Below the pieces are notes generated by a model that did no database searches, was not told where the DNA came from, and saw only the letters and a program-made list of their open reading frames with translations. Positions 54,124-64,000 of a DNA stretch of 64,000 nt are shown one piece after another (within the stretch, counting starts at the first letter, position 1; the number at the start of each line of letters is the position of its first letter). The stretch covers positions 1-64,000 of IMG/VR virus record IMGVR_UViG_3300020027_000006; one strand, 5' to 3'. Source of the stretch: a virus. Made by a program: the position numbers and the translations under genes.

Positions 54124-54990
54124 ATGATAGAAAGAGTATGTGGACATTGTAAAGTTCAAATCTTAATTAAACCTCATAAGGTAAAATCTATTAACTTTTG
54201 CAAAACAGTTTGTTTTAACGAGTATAGAAAAAGAAAGCCTAATGGTTTGAGTACAAAAATTAAAAAGCAATGCTTAAATTGCGGTAAAGATATTTTTGTT
54301 CGAAAAGCTGGAGCAGATAGAAAGAAATTCTGTAGCAGAGGCTGCCATGATATTTACCGTAAAGGAAGCAAAAGAGAGGCTTTTAGTGAAGAGCATAAGA
54401 AAAATATAAGTAAATCTGCAAGGACTAGAGTTCTAACAGATGATGGAAGAAGAAAAATAAGCGAAGCCAGAAAGAAACAGTACGTGGAAGGTAAAGCTCC
54501 TCAAATGTTTCAAAAAGGACATGAGGTTAAAGCTGAATGGAGAGAAGCGGGTAGGAAAGCAAATATTGGAAGTGCAAGGCATACTGTTCCTCATAGGGAA
54601 GAAACTAAGGAAAAGCTTAGACAGTTAAAACTCGGAACGAAACTTACTGAGGAAACAAAAGCTAAGTTAGCCATTTCTAAAGCTAGACAAGGAAAAAAGA
54701 AGGGGTTTACTTACATTGAGAAACTTCTTTACGGTTATTTAGATAATAATTTAATCGTTTATGAAAAACAACATCCTTTAGGTAGTTTTGTGGCTGATGC
54801 TTTTATACAACATAAGTTATTAGTTATTGAGGCAGATGGAACTTATTGGCACTCTACTCCGAGAGGTATAGAGACTGGCTTAAGAAAGGATAAATTTATA
54901 GAATCTTTGGGATTACGAATGATTCGAATACCTGAAGTAGATTTTAACAATGGAAAATACATTAAGACTTTGAATGATTTATTCTTGTAA
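54124..54990 (+). CDS. homing endonuclease: Zn ribbons, NUMOD3-like segments and a DUF559/Vsr-like nuclease
   Basis: FSEEHKKNIS, HREETKEKL, FVADAF..LVIEADGTYWH..D. Confidence 0.8.
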   Translation: MIERVCGHCKVQILIKPHKVKSINFCKTVCFNEYRKRKPNGLSTKIKKQCLNCGKDIFVRKAGADRKKFCSRGCHDIYRKGSKREAFSEEHKKNISKSARTRVLTDDGRRKISEARKKQYVEGKAPQMFQKGHEVKAEWREAGRKANIGSARHTVPHREETKEKLRQLKLGTKLTEETKAKLAISKARQGKKKGFTYIEKLLYGYLDNNLIVYEKQHPLGSFVADAFIQHKLLVIEADGTYWHSTPRGIETGLRKDKFIESLGLRMIRIPEVDFNNGKYIKTLNDLFL

Positions 54991-55017
54991 CTTAGTGATT
55001 ATAAAGGAGATAAAATT

Positions 55018-55569
55018 ATGAGTGCAACTTTTAACTGGGATGAAGATACAGGAGTTCAAACAGGCTCACCAACTAAAGGTACAACTCGTACCGCAGGTGT
55101 AACTGACGTTAACTGGAAAAACAGCGGTACACAAGGTACAGCATATACAGCCGCTCCTATAACAGCGGGCAATAACAGTTTTGAAAAATGGCAGTTTGGA
55201 CACTTTTCAGGGACTTATAACCAAATTCTTAACGGACTTTGGGCACATACAGCTGGTACAGCGGGAACTGGTCTTACTCTTAAAGGAGCTCCTGCTTGCA
55301 CAGGTGATGGTGATAGACTTCTTTACACTACCCCATCTGCTACAACTAACGCAGCCTTAACTAATACAATGACAACTGCTATTGCTATTGGTTCTGGTGT
55401 AGGAGTTTGTTTTGGAGCTACAGGCCCAGAAGCCACTGGTAAAGCTACTTCTACAACTGCGAATCCAGCATACACTAATTATTTAACTACACAGTTACAG
55501 ACTACAGGTAGTGCAGCTGCGGGTGATAGTTCGAGTCTTACCCTGACCCTCCAATACAACGAAAATTAG
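55018..55569 (+). CDS. virion structural protein
   Basis: G/T/A-rich; NSFEKW; ends LTLQYNEN; AAGGAG SD. Confidence 0.6.
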   Translation: MSATFNWDEDTGVQTGSPTKGTTRTAGVTDVNWKNSGTQGTAYTAAPITAGNNSFEKWQFGHFSGTYNQILNGLWAHTAGTAGTGLTLKGAPACTGDGDRLLYTTPSATTNAALTNTMTTAIAIGSGVGVCFGATGPEATGKATSTTANPAYTNYLTTQLQTTGSAAAGDSSSLTLTLQYNEN

Positions 55570-55716
55570 CATAGTTTTCATATTTTGTCAAGGCAATGTT
55601 TACAAGACCTTGACGTTTCAGTATGATGAAAAGACACATAAACTGAAATATTAACTTGACAAGTGAAAATTACTAATTTATAATTATTCTTGTAGGTATT
55701 TTTACAGGAGTAATTT

Positions 55717-56649
55717 ATGGGTAAATGGAAAATAGACGATGAACTGGTTTCAAACCAAACTCTTTATATGAGAGAGTGGTCTGAAACCAAAAATGGTAAA
55801 GCGTATAAAGAACGGCATAAAGATTATGCAAAGCAGTGGAGATTAGATAATAGAGATAAAGCCAAAGCTATTCAAAAGCGTTCTATGTACGAAGCGAGAA
55901 TGGAAGTTTTACAGCATTATTCAGGTTTAGAAACGCCAGAGTGTAAATGCTGTAAAGAACAGATGTTTGAATTTCTCCAAATAGACCATATTGAGGGTAA
56001 TGGTGCAGGACATAGAAGAAGTATTGGAATGGCTCAAGGTGACTTGAATCAAGTAGCTAAACAAAAAGAACGTGGTAAAATTTCTTTGGGCGGTAATGGT
56101 TTTATCTATTGGCTAAAGAAGAATAATTTTCCAGAGGGGTTTCAAGTGCTTTGTGCTAATTGTAACTTGGGAAAACGTACCAATAAGTACTGCCCGCATG
56201 AGATACAAAATGGTATGGATATGTATGGAAACACAATAGCCGTGCAGAAAGAAGAATTCCCAGAATTAACTCGTCGTAGACGTGGTGAGGCACAAAAAGA
56301 AGCTGATGAATTGGGAGTTAATGTTTCGACTTTGCGGATGAGAAGATGGACAGAAAAGCAAAGATTATTAAACCCTAAACCAGAAAAAATTAAGTTAGAG
56401 CCTACTGCTTGTGGTAAAGGACATGTATTTCCTGAGAATTTATACCAAAGAGAGGGAGATAATAGACGCTACTGTAAGCAGTGTAAAAGGGACTCAAAAG
56501 CTAGAAGAAAAGAGTGTGATACGCTATTAAATTCTGAGTTGTTTGATGATAATGAAGAGAATCAACATCATTGTGGAGGGTTTTGTAACTGTACTTTTTG
56601 TATGGACGAGGTAAATGGTGTTTCGTTGATAAACTCCGCAACCTCATAA
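55717..56649 (+). CDS. HNH-type endonuclease with its own promoter
   Basis: CKCC..FLQIDHI..FQVLCANCN; TTGACA-17-TATAAT at about 55657-55684. Confidence 0.75.
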   Translation: MGKWKIDDELVSNQTLYMREWSETKNGKAYKERHKDYAKQWRLDNRDKAKAIQKRSMYEARMEVLQHYSGLETPECKCCKEQMFEFLQIDHIEGNGAGHRRSIGMAQGDLNQVAKQKERGKISLGGNGFIYWLKKNNFPEGFQVLCANCNLGKRTNKYCPHEIQNGMDMYGNTIAVQKEEFPELTRRRRGEAQKEADELGVNVSTLRMRRWTEKQRLLNPKPEKIKLEPTACGKGHVFPENLYQREGDNRRYCKQCKRDSKARRKECDTLLNSELFDDNEENQHHCGGFCNCTFCMDEVNGVSLINSATS

Positions 56650-56653
56650 AATT

Positions 56654-57061
56654 ATGAATCTAAGCAATCATCTTCTTTCAATAGGAGGAAACAGTATATT
56701 TAGTGACCAAATAGAATATGACCCAGATGTGGATTTATTATTGAAAGAGGGTAGAATATTTTCTGGTAGCAAAGCTTTTATAGAAATGCAGGTAAATGAA
56801 TGTCATTGGAATGTAGCACATTTATTTGAGAATAAAGTAATAGACCAGATAGTAATAGGATACGCATTGAATTACGAGGACATATGGTTTCAGCATACTT
56901 GGGGATTGAAAGAGGGTGTTATTATAGAAACTTCCGAAGTTAATTTTGTCAATATTAAAATATATTTTGGAACAATTCTTAGTGCTCCGCATTCCTTTAT
57001 AAAATTATGTAAAAATAATCCTGCTGGAAATGGAAAAGTTAGACGAGTAAAAAAGAACTAG
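56654..57061 (+). CDS. hypothetical protein, possibly Cys-His transglutaminase-like fold
   Basis: ECHWNV...GYAL...WFQHTW. Confidence 0.5.
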   Translation: MNLSNHLLSIGGNSIFSDQIEYDPDVDLLLKEGRIFSGSKAFIEMQVNECHWNVAHLFENKVIDQIVIGYALNYEDIWFQHTWGLKEGVIIETSEVNFVNIKIYFGTILSAPHSFIKLCKNNPAGNGKVRRVKKN

Positions 57062-57070
57062 TAAACTAAT

Positions 57071-57823
57071 ATGAGAAGAATGGGACGCATACCAAATACT
57101 GATTTAAGAAGATTTAATCATCTTCTTCCTAAAGTATCTTCTTCTGTTAGAAAAGCTACTACAAAACTAAAAGGACGTATGTGGCTTACATTTCCTGCTA
57201 TGAATCAAGGGGATAAAGGCTATTGTGTAGCTTATTCTGGGGTACAGTTTTTAACTGCCGCACCCGTAATAAATATTACTAAATGGTACGACAATCCAGA
57301 AGAATTACAGAAATTAGCAAGAAAGTATGACGGCCTGCCCCATAAAGGCCTAGAGGGTAGTACATCAGATGGTCTTTTTAAGGCTTTAAGAGAAGAAGGT
57401 TTTGTTAAAAATTATAAGTGGGCTATTGCTGGAGAGGTTGCTAAAAGTGCAGGCAAAGAAATAATGACAGGGGAAGATTTAGTAAATATAACTATTAACC
57501 ATGTTTTAAAGAAAGCACCAGTCATAGCTGGTTCTGTATGGCTTAAAAGTATGCTGGATATTGATAAAAATGGCTTTGTTAAAGTTAACCCTAAAAGTGA
57601 GTCTGTTGGTGGTCATAACTATCTAATTAAAGGTGTAGATTTAGAAGTACAGTGCCCAGATAAATCAAAAGGAGCATTTAGAATTCTAAATTCTTGGGGT
57701 CTTGATGATTTTGGACAGCATGGCGAATGCTGGCTATCTTTTACAGATGCGGACTGGCTTTGGTCAATGGATGGTGATATAGTTACTTCTAACGAGCTGT
57801 TAAAAGGCTCTAGAATTGGATAA
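57071..57823 (+). CDS. papain-like C1 cysteine peptidase
   Basis: NQGDKGYCVAY, GGHNYLIKG, ILNSWG..FGQHG. Confidence 0.85.
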   Translation: MRRMGRIPNTDLRRFNHLLPKVSSSVRKATTKLKGRMWLTFPAMNQGDKGYCVAYSGVQFLTAAPVINITKWYDNPEELQKLARKYDGLPHKGLEGSTSDGLFKALREEGFVKNYKWAIAGEVAKSAGKEIMTGEDLVNITINHVLKKAPVIAGSVWLKSMLDIDKNGFVKVNPKSESVGGHNYLIKGVDLEVQCPDKSKGAFRILNSWGLDDFGQHGECWLSFTDADWLWSMDGDIVTSNELLKGSRIG

Positions 57824-57878
57824 AACTAGAAAATCTAGTTTGTTACTGTAATAGACAGTCATAAAATAGTAGAGTTTA

Positions 57879-58300
57879 ATGAAGAAAATAATCAAATCTG
57901 TGATTAGACGGTTTTTAGTTCCAGATAGAGTTCCACATATGTTAGTATCATTGTTAATGGTTCTTATGTCTGTAGGTATTGGGATAGTATTTAACTCTAT
58001 ACTATTAGGAATATTTTTTTGGCCTTTATTCGGTTTAGGTATAACGCTGCATTGAATATTCTAAAAAAGAAACTTGGAGAGGTTTTTCCGAACGAAGTAG
58101 AGGGCTTTTTAGTTAGCCCAAAACTGTTAAAAGTTTAAAGTTAATTTCATTGTTTTTCATTGAAATTAGTAACTATTGTTGCATATTTTATTATAGGAGT
58201 TTATACTGCATTAGCTGTAAGTAAAGTGACAGGATTTATCTGTGCAGTAATTATAAACAAGCTTTTAGCAATTAGAGCATGGGCTTATGCTCAAGATTAA
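57879..58300 (+). pseudogene. membrane (holin-like?) gene interrupted by a tnpB/omega-RNA remnant
   Basis: MKKIIKSV...WPLFGLG and IVAYFIIG...AWAYAQD* join in frame (95 aa) if 134 nt are removed. Confidence 0.7.
58040..58177 (+). mobile_element. tnpB 3'/right-end remnant, copy 2
   Basis: Exact reverse complement of 36115-36252. Confidence 0.85.
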
Positions 58301-58344
58301 TTTTAAGGTATCCCGGAATCCGGGATTAAGGGAGAACGATTATT

Positions 58345-59036
58345 ATGGCAGAAACTAAAGTAGAATTAATGTTTGACGGTATTTTACAAGAGTGTGTATT
58401 AAAAGAAGATAGAAACAATGAGCTTCTTTATGTAGCAGATGACGGGCAGTTTGTGAAATTTCCTGTTACTGTTGATTTAGAAGAAGCAATTGAAAATCAT
58501 AATGATGCTAACTCTAAAGAAGTAGAAGTTATTGAGGATGTGTCCTACGGGGATGTTACAACTTTTGACAGCGAAGGTAACGAAGTAAAATAATACAATA
58601 CAATAAAGGAGCAATTATTGTGGATATACAACATATATATAGTTATACGGCTACTTATGAAGATGGGTCATCTATTACAATGGATGCAAACGATATAAAT
58701 TCTGATGTTTCAGTTTTAGATTCCGCAAAGTCTAAATTTTTTGATGTGCTAGAGAAAGAAAAAGAATCTAAACTGATAAGCTTTGTTTTACATAATGCGG
58801 AACGAAGTGTAGGGGTGGATTTGCGAGATGGTCACTTTGAAATAAACGGAATACCTTTTTTTCAGCACAGACCTGATTTAAATTCTTATAAAGAATTTAG
58901 AGTAATATATTATAGAACTGTTCAACGTACAATGAATATGATAGGACAAGAAATAGAGTCAGGGGTTTTGGCATACAGCATTGGATGGCAAGTAACTTAT
59001 AAAAATGAGAATGTACAACGTACATTAATGGTATAA
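58345..59036 (+). CDS. two hypothetical late proteins (58345-58593, 58620-59036)
   Basis: GGAG SDs; VDLRDGHFEING..Y.IGWQ pattern. Confidence 0.65.
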
Positions 59037-59037
59037 A

Positions 59038-59817
59038 ATGAAAAAACAAAAAGGATTTTGTATATGGATAACAGGTCTTTCTGGCTCTGGAAAAACAACT
59101 TTAGCTGATGAGTTAAGGCTCCAACTAGGAAGGCCTGTCAGCATTTTAGATGGAGATGAGGTACGAAAAACTTTATGTAAAGATTTAGGATTCTCTAAAG
59201 ATGATAGAGATGAGAACGTATCTAGAATTGCTTTTGTGGCAAGTGAGTTAGTTAAACAGGGGATTATAGTTATTGTTTCCTGTATAAGTCCTTATAAAGA
59301 TGCAAGATTAGATGCTAGAAATCTAATAGGCGATTTTATAGAGGTCTTTCTTGATACCCCTAAAGAAGTGCTTTCTACCAGAAGCAAATACTTAGGAGAG
59401 TATGAAATAGGAACTCCAGAATTAGTTATTAACTCAGGAACTCCTCAAGACAATGCACTTACCCTTATAAATTATTTAGTAGATGCGGAGTATCTAGGGA
59501 CATCTTTTATGTTAGGCAGATTTCAACTGTGGCATGCTGGTCATACAGCCTTATTTAAAGAGGCGTTGAAAGAAGGAAGAGTGTGCATCGGAGTAAGAAA
59601 CCTTAAAAAAAGTAAAAGTAATCCTTTTGATTTTAGAGAAGTTGAAGTTAGCATTCAAAACGCTTTAGTTGCATATGAGGGTAGATATAACATCATCCAG
59701 ATGCCTAATATAACTAGTATAGTGTATGGAAGAGATGTGGGGTACGACGTAAAAAGAATAGATTTAACTCCTGATTTAGAGAGTATAAGCGGAACCAAGA
59801 TAAGGAACAAGATATGA
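59038..59817 (+). CDS. cysC: adenylylsulfate kinase fused to an HxGH nucleotidyltransferase domain
   Basis: WITGLSGSGKTT, LDGDEVR, LGFSKDDRDENV, ISPY; then GRFQLWHAGH ... ISGTKIR. Confidence 0.85.
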   Translation: MKKQKGFCIWITGLSGSGKTTLADELRLQLGRPVSILDGDEVRKTLCKDLGFSKDDRDENVSRIAFVASELVKQGIIVIVSCISPYKDARLDARNLIGDFIEVFLDTPKEVLSTRSKYLGEYEIGTPELVINSGTPQDNALTLINYLVDAEYLGTSFMLGRFQLWHAGHTALFKEALKEGRVCIGVRNLKKSKSNPFDFREVEVSIQNALVAYEGRYNIIQMPNITSIVYGRDVGYDVKRIDLTPDLESISGTKIRNKI

Positions 59818-60425
59818 GCAAGCCTCTATGTATTTTAGTATTAGGAGTCCCGCGTTCAGGGACATCCTGTGTTGCTGGGATTCTGCATCATCTAGGCGTG
59901 TCAATGACTGCACCCGATTGTATAGGAGGAGCTACTGATGCCAACCCCAAAGGATTTTTCAGCGACACTGAGTTTGAATTTTTCTGTAATAAGAAATATG
60001 GAACATATTTCCCTGTTACTGCGGAGCCACTGACAGAAGATGAACGAGAATATCTGTCAGATATGATTCGTGCTAGAAAAGCTCCTTTATGGGGAGTTAA
60101 GGAGTGGAGAATATCTTTATTTTTGGATGAGTTTATAGAGCTTGCTGGAGATGTCAAAGTTATTCGTACCTCTAGACCTTTGGAACGTTCATATAAATCT
60201 TGGAATGAGCATTTTAGGAATCTGGATAGCCCATCTTTAGATGATTATTTTAGAGCAACTGTGTTAATAGATAATTCACTTAAAGATAAAGTCGTTACTG
60301 ACATAGATTTTGACAGTATTGTTGATGATAAAAATACTGTTCTTAATACATTAGCTGATTTAACTGGGAGACCTCGTAACTCAAAGGTCGATTCAATGAT
60401 AGATGCCAGTCTAAGGAGGTTTTAA
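59814..60425 (+). CDS. sulfotransferase family protein
   Basis: LVLGVPRSGTS PAPS loop, NPKGFF, WGVKE, R-x-x-x-x-SYKSW. Confidence 0.8.
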   Translation: MSKPLCILVLGVPRSGTSCVAGILHHLGVSMTAPDCIGGATDANPKGFFSDTEFEFFCNKKYGTYFPVTAEPLTEDEREYLSDMIRARKAPLWGVKEWRISLFLDEFIELAGDVKVIRTSRPLERSYKSWNEHFRNLDSPSLDDYFRATVLIDNSLKDKVVTDIDFDSIVDDKNTVLNTLADLTGRPRNSKVDSMIDASLRRF

Positions 60426-60427
60426 TA

Positions 60428-61003
60428 ATGGTGAGTCAAGGGCCAAACAGCCCATCTACAGCCGCAAGTATCGCAAATGGCACTGTCATTGTTTGGGCAA
60501 ATCCTAATAATAGTCTTGCTTCCGATAATTCTTATTCAACCGTAGCAAATTCGGGGTCTGATAGTGAATATTTAAGAGTTACCAATTTTGGATTTTCTAT
60601 ACCGTCTGGGTCAACTATAAATGGTGTAGTAGTTGAAATAGAGCAAAAAGGTAGTGCAGCATTTTCTGTTTCTGATGGAATAAATAGTCTCACATTGAAT
60701 AGCCACAAACTAATAAAATCTGGTTCTCCAGTAGGGACAAGTAAAAGAACGAATACTATGTGGTCAGCTACGGATGGCTACGTTACATACGGTAGCTCAT
60801 CCGACCTTTGGGGTACGACGTGGACAATAGCCGAGATTAATGACAGTAGTTTTGGCTTTCAAGGCTCCGCTCATATGTATGGTAAATCTTTGGTTACTGC
60901 TTCTATTGACCATATTCGTATAACAGTTCATTATACAGCTGGGGCAGCTTCTAATTTATTATTGGCTTCCTCTAGGACATATCAGCCAATAGTGGCACAG
61001 TAG
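60428..61003 (+). CDS. virion protein
   Basis: W.NPNN..ASD, NFGFSIPSGSTING, YGSSSDLWG.TW pattern. Confidence 0.6.
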   Translation: MVSQGPNSPSTAASIANGTVIVWANPNNSLASDNSYSTVANSGSDSEYLRVTNFGFSIPSGSTINGVVVEIEQKGSAAFSVSDGINSLTLNSHKLIKSGSPVGTSKRTNTMWSATDGYVTYGSSSDLWGTTWTIAEINDSSFGFQGSAHMYGKSLVTASIDHIRITVHYTAGAASNLLLASSRTYQPIVAQ

Positions 61004-61011
61004 GAGAATAT

Positions 61012-61515
61012 ATGGGAAGAATTTATACAGCATTAGGTGAAAACCTAACACTTGGAACAGGTAACGTCTTGGTAGCATTGCAAACCGCAGCTGGAGTAGC
61101 GGCAGGTTCTCTTGTAGCAATTAAAAGAATAGAGATTGGACAATCAGGAACAACTACAGCTGCACAAATACGTTTGGCATTATCTACAAGAAATACTTCA
61201 GGAACTCTAACAACTACCAGTGTTACTCCTCAATCTTTATCTCCGGTTACAGGGTCTGCATCTGGATTAGCAGGTAATACATCTGTAGTAGGTGCTGCCG
61301 CACGAATTGGAATAAATTCTTCAGCGGATTCTGGAGGAACCTATACTGACCACTACTATGCTACATTTAATAATCTTAATGGATGGTTGTGTGTTCCCAC
61401 GCCCTCCGAAGTGATTGAGATTTCACCGTCAATAGTATGGTGTGTAAGATTTCTTGCGGCCCCAGCTACCACTACTGGATGGACTGTATGTGTAACTTAT
61501 GAAGAAATGATATAA
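61012..61515 (+). CDS. virion protein
   Basis: A/T/G-rich; AGGAG SD. Confidence 0.6.
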   Translation: MGRIYTALGENLTLGTGNVLVALQTAAGVAAGSLVAIKRIEIGQSGTTTAAQIRLALSTRNTSGTLTTTSVTPQSLSPVTGSASGLAGNTSVVGAAARIGINSSADSGGTYTDHYYATFNNLNGWLCVPTPSEVIEISPSIVWCVRFLAAPATTTGWTVCVTYEEMI

Positions 61516-61567
61516 TTATTAGGCTTTAACAGTCTGAATACAATCAGACCTTCTATCTATCAATACA

Positions 61568-64000
61568 ATGATTTATTATTTGCCACAAATCCCTCAGCCA
61601 CAGCGTAAAATAGCAGCTGTCCTCTTGCTGAGTGTAACTACCACCAAGACTCAAGTTGGTGTAGCTAGACTAATCAAATCTGTTACTCAAACACAAGCAG
61701 GTGTTTCTCTAATACAGGCTACTGTTTTAAAAACACAAACAGGAACTGCTAGAATTCGAGCTTCTGCTACAAAGACACAGATAGGCATCTCTCGTATTCA
61801 AGTTGTTCCTAGTACAGTTCTGACTACAACTGATGGACATAATTTTGGTACAGATACTACTCCAACTTTAGAATTTGTTGGTTCTGATGGAAATAGTGAT
61901 GATATTACTTATGAAGTAGAAATTGTTAGTTCATATGTATCAGATTTATCTACATTTAATAATAACTCTATATTATTATCGTCTACAACCAATAAAGCTA
62001 TTGGACAGTCTTTTACAGGTGATGGCGGAACTCTATCTAAATTAACTTTAAATTTAAGCAAAATTGGAGTCCCTACAGGAAACGCTGTTGCACACGTGTA
62101 CGCTCATTCAGGTACTTATGGCACTAGTTCTATACCAACTGGTGCTCCAATTGCTACTTCCGATAATTTTAATGTAGCTACTTTAACCTCCTTAGTCACA
62201 AGTCGAAATATAATTTTTAGTGGAGTTAATAAGATTGTATTAACTAACGCCACCAACTATGTAATTGCTATTGAATATACAGGAGGGGATGGAAGTAACA
62301 ATATTCAAGTAGGATACTCAACATCTGTGAGTCCTCATACAGGTAATGCAAATTTTGAGAATACGTCTAATGTATGGACAGCTTTTGCAACTTCTGATTT
62401 ATATTTTTATTTGACCTGTGAAAAAACTTTAAATAAATTGTCAAATGCGGACTCAGGTTTTTTAAATCTTGATAATGGCGGAGATACTAACCCGTTTACA
62501 TCAGGAGACGATATATCATTCACTGTTCAAGCAGGAGATGCTTTACACGTCGGTTCTCATAGCTGGAGAGTTAGAGGTAAAGACCCAACAGGTACAAATA
62601 CATTTGGTGCTTGGACAACTGCTAGAGTTATTTACATATCTGAAACCTCTACCAAAACACAGTCAGGTGTATCTCGAATTCAAGTAACTCCTACTATTGT
62701 ACCTAATACAGTTGACGGAACGAGTTTTGGAACTGATACAACACCTACTATTGAATTCACCGGAACGGATGGAAATAATGATGATATAGAATATCAAATT
62801 CAAATATCACAGAACAATACCTTTCCAAGTGATGTTATTACATCAGTAGATTTAACAGGCTCTCCTTTTGACTTAGACTTAGCGGGGTTTTTTTCCGAAG
62901 TAGGGCAATCATTCCAAGGAACTAATGACGCACTTAGCATAGCACGTTTTAGAATTAAACAAAGTGGCACCAGTGGAACATTAATAGCAAAGCTTTATGC
63001 TCATTCTGGAACATATGGAACTAGTTCTGTACCTGATACTGGAACTCTATTGGCGACATCAAATTCTGTAAATATAAGTACAGTAGGAAGTTCGTATAAC
63101 TGGGTAGATTTTACATTTTCATCCCCTTATACAGTTGTATCTGGTACTAACTATGTTATTGTTTTAGAAACTTCTGTATCGGGAGGAGCCTCAAGTGCAG
63201 AATGCCTTACTGACCCTGCTGCTCATTCAGGTAATTTATCCTTCTTTTCAGGCTTTTGGTCTTCTATTGGATTTGATTTATCAATACAGTTGGTAAAAAC
63301 GGTCTCATCTGTAGATTTGGTTATAGATAAAACCTCAGTTGCTCATGCAGGTTTTTTAAATACCGTAAATGGAGGAGATACACATCCTTTTACATCATCT
63401 GAAAAAGTTAGCTTTACTGTTCAAGCAGGAGATGTTTTAATTCCTGCACTTTATTATTGGAGAGTTAGAGCAGTAGATTTAACTGGCACAAACGCTTATT
63501 CAAGTTGGACTACTACACGTAGTTTTTATGTTTATGTAACTACTACAAAGACACAGATAGGTATCTCTCGTATAACATCTAGTTCATCTAATACTCAAGC
63601 AGGTGTTTCTCGAATAAGAAAATCGGCAGGTCAAACACAAACTGGTTTTACTCGTATAACCACGTTTACACAGAGAAATCAAACTGGTAAATCTGCGGTT
63701 CAAAATACAACAACTATAACTCGAATCGGTGTTTCACGTATTACTAAAGCTTCTGTAGTTACTCATTTAGGTAAGGCTGCAATTTATAATACAACATCTC
63801 GTACCCAAGTTGGTGTATCTAGAGTTACTAAAATTGTCACGCAAATACAAACTGGCATCTCTGCAATCAGTAAGACAGTCCTCAGAACACAAACTGGTCT
63901 TGCACGTATTCAAATAACTTCTATTAGCAGTACTCTTAGACTCTGGACTCCTTATGATACTTCAAGCCCTGTATGGTGGGTTGATGCAACCCAATTAATA
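61568..64000 (+). CDS. large tail-fibre/adhesin-like protein, partial (not in ORF track; appears open to the window end)
   Basis: Frame spot-checked at the start, 62642 and 63902; 15-aa TKTQxGxSRI repeats; two duplicated domains starting GTDTTPT.EF.G.DGN.DDI.Y; ends LWTPYDTSSPVWWVDA. Confidence 0.8.
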   Translation, partial: MIYYLPQIPQPQRKIAAVLLLSVTTTKTQVGVARLIKSVTQTQAGVSLIQATVLKTQTGTARIRASATKTQIGISRIQVVPSTVLTTTDGHNFGTDTTPTLEFVGSDGNSDDITYEVEIVSSYVSDLSTFNNNSILLSSTTNKAIGQSFTGDGGTLSKLTLNLSKIGVPTGNAVAHVYAHSGTYGTSSIPTGAPIATSDNFNVATLTSLVTSRNIIFSGVNKIVLTNATNYVIAIEYTGGDGSNNIQVGYSTSVSPHTGNANFENTSNVWTAFATSDLYFYLTCEKTLNKLSNADSGFLNLDNGGDTNPFTSGDDISFTVQAGDALHVGSHSWRVRGKDPTGTNTFGAWTTARVIYISETSTKTQSGVSRIQVTPTIVPNTVDGTSFGTDTTPTIEFTGTDGNNDDIEYQIQISQNNTFPSDVITSVDLTGSPFDLDLAGFFSEVGQSFQGTNDALSIARFRIKQSGTSGTLIAKLYAHSGTYGTSSVPDTGTLLATSNSVNISTVGSSYNWVDFTFSSPYTVVSGTNYVIVLETSVSGGASSAECLTDPAAHSGNLSFFSGFWSSIGFDLSIQLVKTVSSVDLVIDKTSVAHAGFLNTVNGGDTHPFTSSEKVSFTVQAGDVLIPALYYWRVRAVDLTGTNAYSSWTTTRSFYVYVTTTKTQIGISRITSSSSNTQAGVSRIRKSAGQTQTGFTRITTFTQRNQTGKSAVQNTTTITRIGVSRITKASVVTHLGKAAIYNTTSRTQVGVSRVTKIVTQIQTGISAISKTVLRTQTGLARIQITSISSTLRLWTPYDTSSPVWWVDATQLI

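Noticed and set aside
58040-58177. Group I intron or IStron
   Set aside because: Too short, and the whole insert is accounted for by tnpB 3' and right-end sequence
62469-62687. 72-aa ORF
   Set aside because: Out-of-frame shadow within the long fibre gene

Overview
AT-rich fragment of a large tailed phage genome (standard genetic code; no tRNA, rRNA or CRISPR array seen). Layout: (1) 1-16.7 kb, minus strand: a TPM-domain membrane protein, a compact class II LysRS, a TrpRS, and a long array of small, mostly KOW/SH3-like ORFs that end in a shared [VLI]-x-x-W-[LMI] motif. (2) 16.7-18.2 kb non-coding. (3) 18.2-40.5 kb, minus-strand early-type region: almost every small gene has its own TTGACA-17-TAnnnT promoter, often leaderless. 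It includes a Lys/Ala-rich histone-H1-like protein, HNH nucleases, a GNAT-HNH-HDAC trio, a tnpB/omega-RNA remnant, and seven antisense promoters that all start with GTGGAGGGGTGCGGG-like sequence. (4) 40.5-42.3 kb repeat-rich non-coding region, candidate origin or genome end. (5) From 43.7 kb, plus strand: small terminase, then a large terminase with three inteins (two class-3-type; the third hides an HNH gene in another frame), virion/tail-like proteins, homing endonucleases, a C1 peptidase, an APS-kinase/sulfotransferase pair and a tail-fibre-like ORF that runs off the window. Top candidates for new biology: the W-tag protein array, the dual-coding intein, the repeated antisense ncRNA-like units and the orphan omega-RNA cassettes. 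All calls come from reading motifs by eye; no searches were run.
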